Positions 29,783 through 39,028 of a DNA stretch of 64,000 nucleotides are shown one piece after another (within the stretch, counting starts at the first letter, position 1; each line of letters begins with the position of its first letter). Position numbers and translations under genes: made by a program. This DNA comes from Spirochaetia bacterium. Lineage in GTDB: Bacteria > Spirochaetota > Spirochaetia > CAKZLE01. The notes beneath the pieces are model-generated. The model saw nothing but the letters and a program-made list of their open reading frames with translations. It searched no databases and was not told where the DNA came from. Location: the NCBI GenBank assembly GCA_963677595.1, contig OY782041.1, positions 3,008,001-3,072,000 of the forward strand, in the 5' to 3' direction.

Positions 29783-29833
29783 AAACAGGTTTATTTATTT
29801 TGTAGGATATTTGTAAAATAAACAAACCTGTTT
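29783..29833. repeat. Long AT-rich inverted repeat upstream of the rloAB-like operon
   Basis: AAACAGGTTTATTTATTTT / AAAATAAACAAACCTGTTT, 18/19 complementary. Confidence 0.75.
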
Positions 29834-29859
29834 AGTGAGGAAGGATGGGTTGTGTGATT

Positions 29860-29976
29860 CTACCATTGGGAACCATGGCCGAAGAGGAAGATGTAGTTGG
29901 GGGAGTTGTGTATGCAGCTTTAGATCATATGACAGGGAGTGACTTGCTTATAGATGGTGGGGGATAGTTGTTGGTA
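29860..29976 (+). pseudogene. C-terminal remnant of a short-chain dehydrogenase/reductase
   Basis: LPLGTMAEEEDVVGGVVYAALDHMTGSDLLIDGGDSCW*, resembling the SDR C-terminal consensus PLGR..PEDV..MTG..L.IDGG. Confidence 0.68.
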
Positions 29977-30013
29977 GAAGAATACAGAAGATAGTGTTAG
30001 TTTCATCAGAGTA

Positions 30014-30699
30014 TCACAAGTCCTCCTGATCTGAAAGGGCCCTTTCAATACAGATCCCCAGATTGGTATGGCGTTCCAGCGAATGTTTGTCTTCCTTGAT
30101 GAAAGCCCAGGATTCCAGATACGTCCCTCCGACTGAGAAATCAGATGCGGATATGAACTGTACGAAATCAGGGATGTTTGCCTCATACCTCCTCGCAAAG
30201 GTAAGAGCGTCATGTTCTTTTTCCTCATCAGTGGAATTCAGCTTGTCATACAGTACATGAAATACACCTGGTAGGGGATACCGTTTATGCTTTTTGTTGC
30301 GGAAATCTTATTGATGCAGCCTTGCTTGATCGTGTTACGGAAGATGATCCCCTGGACATTGGCAGTGCGGATTTCCTTTAGAGAGTAGAAGGGCTTGGCT
30401 GCTGTCACATCCTCGATGACGGCGTCATCGGGGATGAAGGCACCGTCCATATCCACTATGTGTACAATCTCCTGGAAATGCTTCGTTGTAAGGTGGCGAG
30501 AGATCCTATATTCTCGGAAGATGGTTCCAAGTTTGGAGAGAATATTCGAGGGATTCGTTCCTCTTGCAGTAGTTACATCTCCATGAGTAATATGGACATG
30601 TACGGTATTCTTGTCATATATCTGGTCCAGAAGGACACCCAGGGCTTCATCATCTGAAGAGCCTTCAACGATTATAAGGACAATCTTCTTACGAGTCAC
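30014..30699 (-). pseudogene. TOPRIM-like partner of ATPase, frameshifted near 30255
   Basis: IVEGSSD and VDMD TOPRIM motifs in 30238-30699; another frame continues HVLYDKLNSTDEEKE...SLERHTNLGICIERALSDQEDL* to 30014. Confidence 0.75.
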
Positions 30700-32116
30700 A
30701 ATATTCGCCAGCCTCCCTAAATGACAGTGCTATCTTGGCATTGTTCGTATGTTCGTAGAGCTCTTCATCCTGCTCCCCCAGCATGATATCCCTGAAGTAG
30801 AAATCACGGAGGTTGTTGTTGGTCTTTACGTTTGTCATACGGACATAGCGTTTTAAGGGATTCGTGGTCGTGAACGCGATGAAACCGCGATCCAATGTCT
30901 CAAGCGGGCGAAGGTTGTGTGAGGTGAAGATTAGCTGTCCCTTCCCCCGCTCTGAGATGATGCTGAGCAGTTCCCCGAGCAGGTACTCAAAGACACCTGA
31001 ATCCAGTTCGTCGACAGCTACGGTGATGGACGGCTGGTTGTAGACGACGATCAGCAGTTGGAGGACCGAGACGATCTTCTTGATCCCCTCAGACTCATAT
31101 TTCAGCGGGATCTCCCTGTCGTCCTTGCGGGATAGAAGCTGGATGCGGCTCCCATCCTCGCCGCTCTCCAGGACCTGTGTCCCCAATTCCCTGATGTGCA
31201 TGGTAAGCCCGGGAATTATCTGTTCCAGTACCACATTCATGGTCTTGATGACTTGTTCGATTACGGCCTTTGCCTTCTGCGGTATCAAGGCCGGGTCATT
31301 GAGGGGGATCATCATCGATCCGATGTTCCCATGACCCCCTTCTGTGAACTTGAAGGCCAATGGCTGGGCATTCAGGCTGATAAGACCGGAATTGGACGTA
31401 TTGATGACAAAGAGTTCATAGTTCCCGAAATTCACCAGGCTTTCCAGAAGATGGGTATAGAAAGAGAGCTCGTCTTCAGTATCCGCGGCTTGCTTCACCG
31501 TGTTCCTGACAGCACCAAGAAACTCTCTGGAGAACACGAATGAGCGTGATTGGGAGCCGGTAAGCTTTTTCACGATCTGGAGGTCCATAATGGTCTCTTT
31601 CCGGGTCCCAACAAGGAGCTGCCTCTTTGGCTTGGGAAGGAACAGTTCAGCCGTATCCGTATCAATGAGCTTTCCCGCCCGAATCACGTTCTCACCAATG
31701 ATCGGGCACTTGATGAGCTCATTGCATATGGAGATGCGCCTCTTCCGTTCAGCAGGCTGGGTAGAATCGGTATTCCGTTCAGCAGCATCCGAGACCGACC
31801 GGATGCTGAACTGGTATGATACGGAGGAGGCTCCTTCTGGTGTTGTAATGGTGAAATCATACTGCAGTGTGGCAGCATCCGAACCGATGGTTATGTAATC
31901 TGCGAACTTCTCCGGGATAGAACTCCCGCAGAGTGCGTATTTGAGCAGTTCCACAGCATCAATCAATGCGGTCTTGCCTGAACCGTTCTGCCCATACAAC
32001 CCCAGGATGCTGGCTCTATAATCCTTACGAGAGTTCTCGAAGAAAAGTGATCCTTGAGCCACATTCTTGAAATTGCTGATCATGATACCGGCAATTCTCA
32101 CCGAAGTCGGTCCCAT
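30689..32116 (-). CDS. ABC-type AAA_21 ATPase
   Basis: YGQNGSGKT, ESEGIKK, VDELDSG, QLIFTSHN; ATG 32116 after GGAGG. Confidence 0.88.
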   Translation of the reverse strand: MGPTSVRIAGIMISNFKNVAQGSLFFENSRKDYRASILGLYGQNGSGKTALIDAVELLKYALCGSSIPEKFADYITIGSDAATLQYDFTITTPEGASSVSYQFSIRSVSDAAERNTDSTQPAERKRRISICNELIKCPIIGENVIRAGKLIDTDTAELFLPKPKRQLLVGTRKETIMDLQIVKKLTGSQSRSFVFSREFLGAVRNTVKQAADTEDELSFYTHLLESLVNFGNYELFVINTSNSGLISLNAQPLAFKFTEGGHGNIGSMMIPLNDPALIPQKAKAVIEQVIKTMNVVLEQIIPGLTMHIRELGTQVLESGEDGSRIQLLSRKDDREIPLKYESEGIKKIVSVLQLLIVVYNQPSITVAVDELDSGVFEYLLGELLSIISERGKGQLIFTSHNLRPLETLDRGFIAFTTTNPLKRYVRMTNVKTNNNLRDFYFRDIMLGEQDEELYEHTNNAKIALSFREAGEYCDS

Positions 32117-32836
32117 ACGTCTGTCCTCCAATCCATTCCTTAGGCATACACTATGGTATGGACAACTCAAAAAGTCAAGATGAGCGAAGAATAAGACACA
32201 AAATGTAACGTTTATGATATTCATATGTGTTGTATCAACGTATTGACAGACGGAAACAGCCTCAAGCGGTATGCGTTGTTCACGTCTAAAAATCTCATCT
32301 CGGGTAGCTCCTACGATCCCTGATACTCCTTACGTTTCCCCGGACTAGGGCAGTGAAACCGTAACTTGACTGCGATACCCAAACACATAGGTTGTGGAGA
32401 GGGGTGGGGGCAGGTTCTGGTGTCCTGGAATCCAATTGGATGGGGGAGCACAGCTGGTTAGCTGCAGGTTGGTTGTCGTAACACACCAATAAGCTTCCCC
32501 GTATCAGGGCCGCCCCTGTACTGGATAACCGGTACTTCAAGAATGAGCCAGTATGTTGTGGTAGTGGCACATCCACCTACCTCAGAAGCACTGATGAGAG
32601 GTAACTGGTAGAAAAAGAAACTTTTCAACAAGGAAATTGTACATGCTGATAACAGCATGAAGCAAACCAACAGTAATCCTGTTTATAGATAGTATAGTCC
32701 AACGGACCAAGGTCCATGTATGGAGAGGGCGTTCTTGGTGGGGATGCGTGTGATGGGATACCGGATCCAAATCTGATGAACGCTTTCTGGGATCCCATGC
32801 AGTACAACAGGTGGCAGGTCAGTTGCCGTAAAAAGA

Positions 32837-32887
32837 TGTTCCTTAAAGGAACAATATGTTGACATATTGGGACTACAGTATATACTG
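32837..32887 (+). promoter_or_regulatory. TA promoter with three stacked palindromes
   Basis: TGTTCCTT-A-AAGGAACA, CAATATGT-TG-ACATATTG over TTGACA, CAGTATATACTG over TATACT. Confidence 0.65.
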
Positions 32888-32901
32888 ATGGAGTAAGATG
32901 T

Positions 32902-33258
32902 ATGAGTTTCTACAGATTTGAGGATTTCATCAATGCTTGTGATGAGGGTGTCCATGTTATTGTTTGGGAGCCTGCGTTAGATGGGGCATGTAGGGATTTT
33001 GGTATCTTCGGAAAAGAGGATCTATTAGGCTTCATTGCGAATGGGGGTCTTGAATCAGTTGTGCCACAGAACACAAGACCCTGGGTTGGGAATCCAACTC
33101 CGGATGATCCGATATTCGTGGATTCTTACAGGTTCAAGAGTATGAACAAAATCGGGTACCTGGCATTCTTCTTTAATCACCATCTAGGGAGATGGAACCT
33201 GAAATCATTCAAGCGGTCCCAGGAATGGGATGGGGTATATAGTCTATCATTTCGATAA
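32902..33258 (+). CDS. Putative toxin (MqsR/RelE-like by context)
   Basis: 118 aa, immediately upstream of an MqsA-like gene; C-terminal YLAF..WNLKSFK; family not recognised directly. Confidence 0.55.
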   Translation: MSFYRFEDFINACDEGVHVIVWEPALDGACRDFGIFGKEDLLGFIANGGLESVVPQNTRPWVGNPTPDDPIFVDSYRFKSMNKIGYLAFFFNHHLGRWNLKSFKRSQEWDGVYSLSFR

Positions 33259-33273
33259 AAACGGAGGATTACC

Positions 33274-33771
33274 ATGGGCGAACAGTGTCCGGCATGCGGA
33301 AGCGAGAGGCTCACAGAGACAGAAAAGGATCTTACCATCCATGAGGCATTCGCCGGCAGCAAGACCATACGGATCAAGGTCTCCACATGCGGGACCTGCG
33401 GTTTCTCAGGGGAATTCTCAGATCATAATGACAGGCTCAGGAAAGAGACAGCATCCGAACTGCAGCAAACAGCGATGCAGAACATCCTCTCATATTTCTC
33501 TGATAACCACTATAGTTTTGCAGGGATAGAACGTTCCCTGGGTCTTGCCCAGAGGACCCTCACGAAGTGGAAGTCGGGGGCAACGGTCCCGACGAAGACA
33601 GCCCTTGCGCTGTTCAGGCTCCTCCGGCTCTTCCCCTGGCTGCTCGATGTTGCCGATGAGGGTTTCGATACCGTGAGGGCCCGGAAGAAATACCTCCAGC
33701 ACAGCCTGGAGGAATTCATACAATGCATCCCGGATGAGCAGTTGGCTCAGCCAAAGGCTGATGTCTCCTGA
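33274..33771 (+). CDS. MqsA/YgiT-like zinc-ribbon + HTH antitoxin
   Basis: CPAC...CGTC zinc finger, then IERSLGLAQRTLTKWKSG HTH. Confidence 0.75.
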   Translation: MGEQCPACGSERLTETEKDLTIHEAFAGSKTIRIKVSTCGTCGFSGEFSDHNDRLRKETASELQQTAMQNILSYFSDNHYSFAGIERSLGLAQRTLTKWKSGATVPTKTALALFRLLRLFPWLLDVADEGFDTVRARKKYLQHSLEEFIQCIPDEQLAQPKADVS

Positions 33772-33798
33772 GAGCAGGGAATGTACGCTCGAACGGAC

Positions 33799-35916
33799 TT
33801 AACTATGAATGCCTTTCATAGGGGATAAGAGCCAAGCTGTATTGAATCTGTAATACCAGTGGCTTGAAATAAGATGAAAGGTCCCATCTGGAGTTTGAGT
33901 TGCTGCCAAATAGCCTGCATGTTCAGCATGATTGCGGTCAATCCAAAAACCTTTTAAGTTCTTGGCGGAATCTCCGGTTTCAAGATACGTTGGATCTTTT
34001 CTCTCATCAGTAATCAGTTTGCAAATAGGCCAGCTTTTCCCATCATCATAACTTATTGATGCAAATAGGCCGTAGTTTACGCTCATGAGACCAACCTCAT
34101 CTGCTATCTCTATCCCCTCTCTTTCATAATCTTCCCAGCCATCTGAATCCTTGGGGAAAGTATGTGAGAATGATATCAGGAGTAAAGATCCTTCTAGAGT
34201 CCGAAGTAGGACATTTCTTTGTCCCGTGCCTATCGGTGGAAATGGAGTGGGCTTATACGTCCAGTCTTTTCCATTGTTGATGCTATAACTTATGGGTAGC
34301 TTACCAAGTATAGAGGTATCACGGCCTACACCAATAATAGTACTGCCATCAGAACTTTCTGCGACAGCCCCATGGATCCCGGCCAGAACAGGTCCAGTCG
34401 TACTTTCACAAAAATGTTCAGGAAGCTCACTAGCCTCATAGAAATACCAGGTCTTACCGTTATCTTCACTTACTAATAGCCTAGTAGCTGGCTGGTCTCC
34501 TGCATCACAGGGTTGAAACAGTACATTGCTTTTTGACGTTTGAATAGGCCCCGCTACAAGTCGGTGCCCTTTCCGATGATCTGGTGTAAGAAGACGGGAA
34601 GCACTCCAGGTAGCCCCGTTATCTCTAGATTCCCTGACAATGATAATACAATCTGACCATGTGCCGGCAGGGGTGATTGAGTTCAGGTGTAGAAGACGGC
34701 CATTCCCATCATGCCATAACGCCGAACCTGTTGGATTACGGTCCGGTATATCATAAAAAAGGGAAGCAGGTTCCCATTCATCGGTTCCAGCCCGTAAACG
34801 ACTTGAGAGAATAACCATACCTCTGCCGCGTTCATCCTCGGTGGAGAACCAGCAAGCCAGTATATCTCCGTTTTCACAGTATGTAATTGCCGGGCAGTGA
34901 TTATGGGGGAAGAAGGCTGTACTTTTGTCCAGCGGTTGTTTTACAAATGCAATTGGTGACGCAAAGTAAGGAGAAGTCATATCCTTAATCATGGGGAACC
35001 CTCTCCAGTTCCATGTATCCTGGATAATAGCTTCATTCGATTGGTTTTTCAGTTGTTTTGCTGGTGTTTTCTCATCACAAACTGCTAGTATTTTGTCTGA
35101 TGTCTTGTATTGTGCTAAAGGGTCTGCTATTACCCGGAATCCTATGAACCATGATCGTGAATCCGGATGTGCTCCCATTCGGCTTGCACTACGGAGATCA
35201 TGTGCATCTGTGTGATGAGAACCTCCTCGTGTTACTTTAGCCCAAATCTGGGAGTAGCCTGTTTCCGGACCGGAGGGGTTAATAGTGATTCCTTTATCGT
35301 CAGGGTAGGGTGCATACCAGTCACTACACCATTCTTCAACAAGACCATGCATGTCATACAGATTGAAAGCATTGGGGTGGGTCTGCCCTACAAGAAGGGA
35401 TACATTACCATAGGAAAAATCACGATTGTGGCAAAGTTGCCGCCTATGATACTCAGCAGGTAGGGTAGGTCCAGTATTAAATGGGGTTGCAGTACCCGCT
35501 CTGCATGCATATTCCCATTCAGCCTCAGTCGGTAAACGATAAAGAATCCCTTCCTTTTCCGATAGCCAATTGCAGAACTCAACAGCATCCTTCCACGTAA
35601 CCATTAATACAGCTTCATCATCCAATAGACTATACTGGATCTGTTTTCTGTTAGTCAGACCTGGATCTATAGGTCCCTCTGATGGGAATATGCCTCTTAG
35701 ATCTTTATGGGATTGCATGAACGCTTCATACTGTGTATTGGTTACAACAGTTGCAGCCATATAAAAGGGGTGACTAATCTCAACTGTGCGACAAGGTTTT
35801 TCATCAGGGTCTCCCCCTGTATCTTGACCCATGGTGAAACTCCCTGTTGGGATTGGAATCATATTCATTCCAAGTGAATTGGAAAATCCCTTGCTGGTTA
35901 TGGTATCTTTAGACAT
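33799..35916 (-). CDS. FGE-sulfatase (SUMF1/EgtB/PvdO) domain fused to BNR/sialidase-like propeller
   Basis: GSFTMG, YRLPTEAEWEYACRAG, DMHGLVEEW, RGGS, GFRV; Asp boxes SRDNGATW, SEDNGKTW, SINNGKDW, SYDDGKSW. Confidence 0.85.
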   Translation of the reverse strand: MSKDTITSKGFSNSLGMNMIPIPTGSFTMGQDTGGDPDEKPCRTVEISHPFYMAATVVTNTQYEAFMQSHKDLRGIFPSEGPIDPGLTNRKQIQYSLLDDEAVLMVTWKDAVEFCNWLSEKEGILYRLPTEAEWEYACRAGTATPFNTGPTLPAEYHRRQLCHNRDFSYGNVSLLVGQTHPNAFNLYDMHGLVEEWCSDWYAPYPDDKGITINPSGPETGYSQIWAKVTRGGSHHTDAHDLRSASRMGAHPDSRSWFIGFRVIADPLAQYKTSDKILAVCDEKTPAKQLKNQSNEAIIQDTWNWRGFPMIKDMTSPYFASPIAFVKQPLDKSTAFFPHNHCPAITYCENGDILACWFSTEDERGRGMVILSSRLRAGTDEWEPASLFYDIPDRNPTGSALWHDGNGRLLHLNSITPAGTWSDCIIIVRESRDNGATWSASRLLTPDHRKGHRLVAGPIQTSKSNVLFQPCDAGDQPATRLLVSEDNGKTWYFYEASELPEHFCESTTGPVLAGIHGAVAESSDGSTIIGVGRDTSILGKLPISYSINNGKDWTYKPTPFPPIGTGQRNVLLRTLEGSLLLISFSHTFPKDSDGWEDYEREGIEIADEVGLMSVNYGLFASISYDDGKSWPICKLITDERKDPTYLETGDSAKNLKGFWIDRNHAEHAGYLAATQTPDGTFHLISSHWYYRFNTAWLLSPMKGIHS

Positions 35917-35976
35917 GATTTGTGCTCCAGATCTGTAACTATTAGTGATAACTGGCTAATTGTCCAGTTGAAATAA

Positions 35977-36720
35977 TCAGGTTCTATGTAGCAGTGATGC
36001 GGAATCCGGATCGAGGTATAGGATGCAAGAATCGTGATTCTGCAGTATTGATGCCGGACAAGAGTTGGTTACTTTACCTTCAACTGCATGCTTAACCACC
36101 AATGCCTTTCTAGAATCAGGTACAGAACAGATTATTACCTTGCTTTTCATTATCTGGCAAATACTCATCGAAATAGCTGTTTCGGGCACATCCTGTAGTG
36201 AATCAAACCAACCTTCATCTACCTGCTGATTTCTGCATGCTTCATCCAGACTAACTACAATATAAGGGTCAGTGGTTTGAAAATCTGCAGGCGGGTCATT
36301 GAAGGCTATATGGCCATTCTCGCCTATTCCAATAAAAGCTACATCAATCTGTATGCTGTTCATCATGCTGTTCAATCGCTTGCATTCCATTTGACTATCA
36401 GGGTTCTCACCTCTAATATCGATAAACGTTACTTTTGGGTCGATCTTATTCAGAAGTCTTTCATGAATATAATTCCTGAAACTGGCGCTATGATTATCAT
36501 TGATCCCGATATACTCATCAAGATGGAATATGGTTACTTGGGGCCATGGTATGTTCTCGAGACTGCCAAGATGTTTCAATGTCAGAAATTGACTGGAGCC
36601 TGTTGCAACGATGATATTGGCATGTCCTTTCTCCTCAATTGCTTTGATAATTTGTTCAGCACCATCACGAGCAGAGATCTCTCCCAGGTGTTCCTTGGAT
36701 TTATTAATGATTACATTCAT
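35977..36720 (-). CDS. nagB: Glucosamine-6-phosphate deaminase family
   Basis: ATGSSQ, FHLDEYIG, IGIGENGHIAFNDP, PASILQNH. Confidence 0.88.
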   Translation of the reverse strand: MNVIINKSKEHLGEISARDGAEQIIKAIEEKGHANIIVATGSSQFLTLKHLGSLENIPWPQVTIFHLDEYIGINDNHSASFRNYIHERLLNKIDPKVTFIDIRGENPDSQMECKRLNSMMNSIQIDVAFIGIGENGHIAFNDPPADFQTTDPYIVVSLDEACRNQQVDEGWFDSLQDVPETAISMSICQIMKSKVIICSVPDSRKALVVKHAVEGKVTNSCPASILQNHDSCILYLDPDSASLLHRT

Positions 36721-36765
36721 TGGAATATGTACTCTCCTTATACGGAATATCAAACAATAAGCAGG

Positions 36766-38055
36766 CTATTTGAATTGAGGAATGAAATCAGCTTGCAGGT
36801 ATAACATATCTTCGATCAAAGCCTCTGCTTTGGGTATACTATCAACAACAGGTTCCAGGAGTAGCGTTTGCAGGAGAAGGTTCTTGGACCTCTCTTTGTA
36901 TGCTTGGACTGTCAATTTCTGTATCGACATTTGAGTTCTGCTGAGAGCGGCAACACCTTCAGGAAGGGGTGGGAGTGTAAGTGGGTGAACACCTGCTGCG
37001 TCTACTTCAACCGGGACCTCAACAATAGCATCTTGTAGGAGGTTTGGGATATATAACCCGTCATTCATGACATTTCCTGAATAGAAGTATGTCCGCTTGT
37101 TGAGATAATGGGCTACAATCATTGGGATCGTAGTTTCCCTGGATTTGATTGCTATATCGTCCAAAGGCAGTTCTCTTTTGAGATATGGAATATTCATGTC
37201 AATCTTACTTTTATGGATATCTGTTACTCTACGGCTTTCTAATCCATGTGCCCATTTTTTTCCAGTGTAATCTGAACCAAATGGAACAAACTCTCCTGAA
37301 TGAGTATTAAGAGGATATGTCAGTTTCCCATAGATCTCCAACAGTTTCTTGGCAAGAGAAAAATCAGGGGCATCACTTTCTTGCGCCAGTTCCCGTACTA
37401 ATGGATATAAATCCTCCCCTGACTCTTTATCAGTTATTTCATTGATCCAAAAAAAGTGATTGACTCCACCTCCTGAAATATGAATCGTATTTAGATCTCT
37501 ATCTAACAACTCACTGATTTTAATGAGGGCATCGTTCTGGCCATGACATATCCCTATAGCGTTTAGATCAGTCAAATCATGGATTGCCAAGAGGATCCTG
37601 CTTTCAGGGTTTGAGAAATTGAATACGAATGCTCCAGGGCAAAGTCTTTTAATATCGTCACAAATTCCCATAATCAGGTGAATATTTCTCAAAGCATGAA
37701 ACAGCGCACCTGGGCCGCCATTTTCCCCATATGCCTGATGAAAACCATAAGCAGCGGGAACACGGAAATCCTGTTCCCATAGTTCATACCGACGATTAGA
37801 AACTGAAATGAAGACATAATCGGCTCTTTCCAGCGCTGCTTTTCGATCAGACTCAGCTGAGATTGCTATTGGCGAATCCAAGTGCTCTTTGAGCATAGTT
37901 GCGAGCTTATACATAGCAGTCAGTTTTTGTTTGCTTGCATCGACAAGTACAACCTCCGTGCTTCTTAGATTGAGGAATGGTTCCAACATAATATCTACAA
38001 TCGCTCTCCTGCCGAACACCTGGCTTCCTGCCCCAATGATCACTATCTTCAACAT
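36766..38055 (-). CDS. Glycoside hydrolase family 4 (NAD-dependent; alpha-galactosidase-like)
   Basis: IIGAGS, GENGGPG, NFSNPE, GICHG, GVNHF, VEVPV. Confidence 0.9.
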   Translation of the reverse strand: MLKIVIIGAGSQVFGRRAIVDIMLEPFLNLRSTEVVLVDASKQKLTAMYKLATMLKEHLDSPIAISAESDRKAALERADYVFISVSNRRYELWEQDFRVPAAYGFHQAYGENGGPGALFHALRNIHLIMGICDDIKRLCPGAFVFNFSNPESRILLAIHDLTDLNAIGICHGQNDALIKISELLDRDLNTIHISGGGVNHFFWINEITDKESGEDLYPLVRELAQESDAPDFSLAKKLLEIYGKLTYPLNTHSGEFVPFGSDYTGKKWAHGLESRRVTDIHKSKIDMNIPYLKRELPLDDIAIKSRETTIPMIVAHYLNKRTYFYSGNVMNDGLYIPNLLQDAIVEVPVEVDAAGVHPLTLPPLPEGVAALSRTQMSIQKLTVQAYKERSKNLLLQTLLLEPVVDSIPKAEALIEDMLYLQADFIPQFK

Positions 38056-38855
38056 TATTCCCTACCTTTTGTGTTTGAACACTGAATAATAAAACTATTG
38101 ATGGTTGTTGCTACTTCTTCTGCTGCTTCGACCCAGACGGAATGGGTAGTGTTATGAATCCATGCAATCTCAATTCCTGGTCGGTCTGGAATCCTGAGTT
38201 TATCTTTGTTGGGATGAGGTTTCCCACGATCCCCCCAAATCTCAAGAACAGGGGTTGTGGTATTCTCCAGCGCACTGTATCCATTCCAATTCCGCCAAAT
38301 AGACCCAAAATTCTTCCTTTCTTCAGAAGTCCAGGCTCCCAGCCACTCCTGTTCGCAGCGAGCGTTATCCAGCACGAGCCATTGCGCTGCTTCAGTAGTA
38401 GAGGGTGTTGAGTTGTCCTTTCCAAAGACTTCTCTCTGAACAGCATAATGGGTCCACCCTTCAATGGGGATGACACCAGTAATCCGTTCTGGACATACAT
38501 TCAGGAACTCAATTGATGTCATAGCCCCAAGACTATGTCCAGAGATAAAAAACTGGGATATTTGTAATGAATCGATAAGATGCAGTACATCCCGGGCAAG
38601 TTTGACAATTGAGTAATCGAATACAGGTGAACTGTTTATTCTTCCTGGCATATTCACAGCAACAAGAGATAACTCCGAATTCAGGAGAGTTAAGAGAGAG
38701 GCAGCTGATACACTATCACTCCAAGTACCGGGTATATACACAAAATAGGGGCCGGTGCCTTTTCTAAGATATGCACCGATACTCCTGCCATCTTCTGTGG
38801 TTGTGGAGAATGAGACCCAGTCTTTTACTTTCGGCGAAGTTGTTTGTCTTTCCAT
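38055..38855 (-). CDS. Alpha/beta hydrolase
   Basis: GHSLG nucleophile elbow; IWGD and THSVW. Confidence 0.75.
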   Translation of the reverse strand: MERQTTSPKVKDWVSFSTTTEDGRSIGAYLRKGTGPYFVYIPGTWSDSVSAASLLTLLNSELSLVAVNMPGRINSSPVFDYSIVKLARDVLHLIDSLQISQFFISGHSLGAMTSIEFLNVCPERITGVIPIEGWTHYAVQREVFGKDNSTPSTTEAAQWLVLDNARCEQEWLGAWTSEERKNFGSIWRNWNGYSALENTTTPVLEIWGDRGKPHPNKDKLRIPDRPGIEIAWIHNTTHSVWVEAAEEVATTINSFIIQCSNTKGRE

Positions 38856-38888
38856 GTTTATGTTTTTCCTGATTCTACTATTATTTAC

Positions 38889-39016
38889 TTAAACGATTAA
38901 TTATGTCAAGTAAAAATATACTCGAAAAATAGTCGATATAGCGCCATTTGATTGCATAAATAAATATTTTCTTGACATGTACAGAATGCTGGGGTAGTAT
39001 TTGTTTAAACGATTAA
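38889..39016. promoter_or_regulatory. Divergent promoters with two identical LacI-type operators
   Basis: TTAAACGATTAA at 38889-38900 and 39005-39016; TTGACA-N17-TAGTAT at 38972-39000. Confidence 0.75.
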
Positions 39017-39028
39017 GTTGAGGGAGCA

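Noticed and set aside
29920-30228. 102-aa ORF as an independent gene
   Set aside because: Wrong frame; the region encodes the C-terminal part of the frameshifted TOPRIM gene in another frame
32591-32620. Hammerhead ribozyme (CTGATGA...GAAA)
   Set aside because: No stem II pairing between the core motifs and no supporting stems I/III
30689-32620. Retron (ATPase/TOPRIM plus ncRNA)
   Set aside because: No reverse transcriptase in the window
14847-33771. Integron cassette array
   Set aside because: No tyrosine integrase, no recurring attC-like sites found, and gene orientations are mixed
33799-35916. FGE as maturase for the two sulfatases
   Set aside because: Catalytic Cys pair is absent and the gene is in a different operon ~28 kb away
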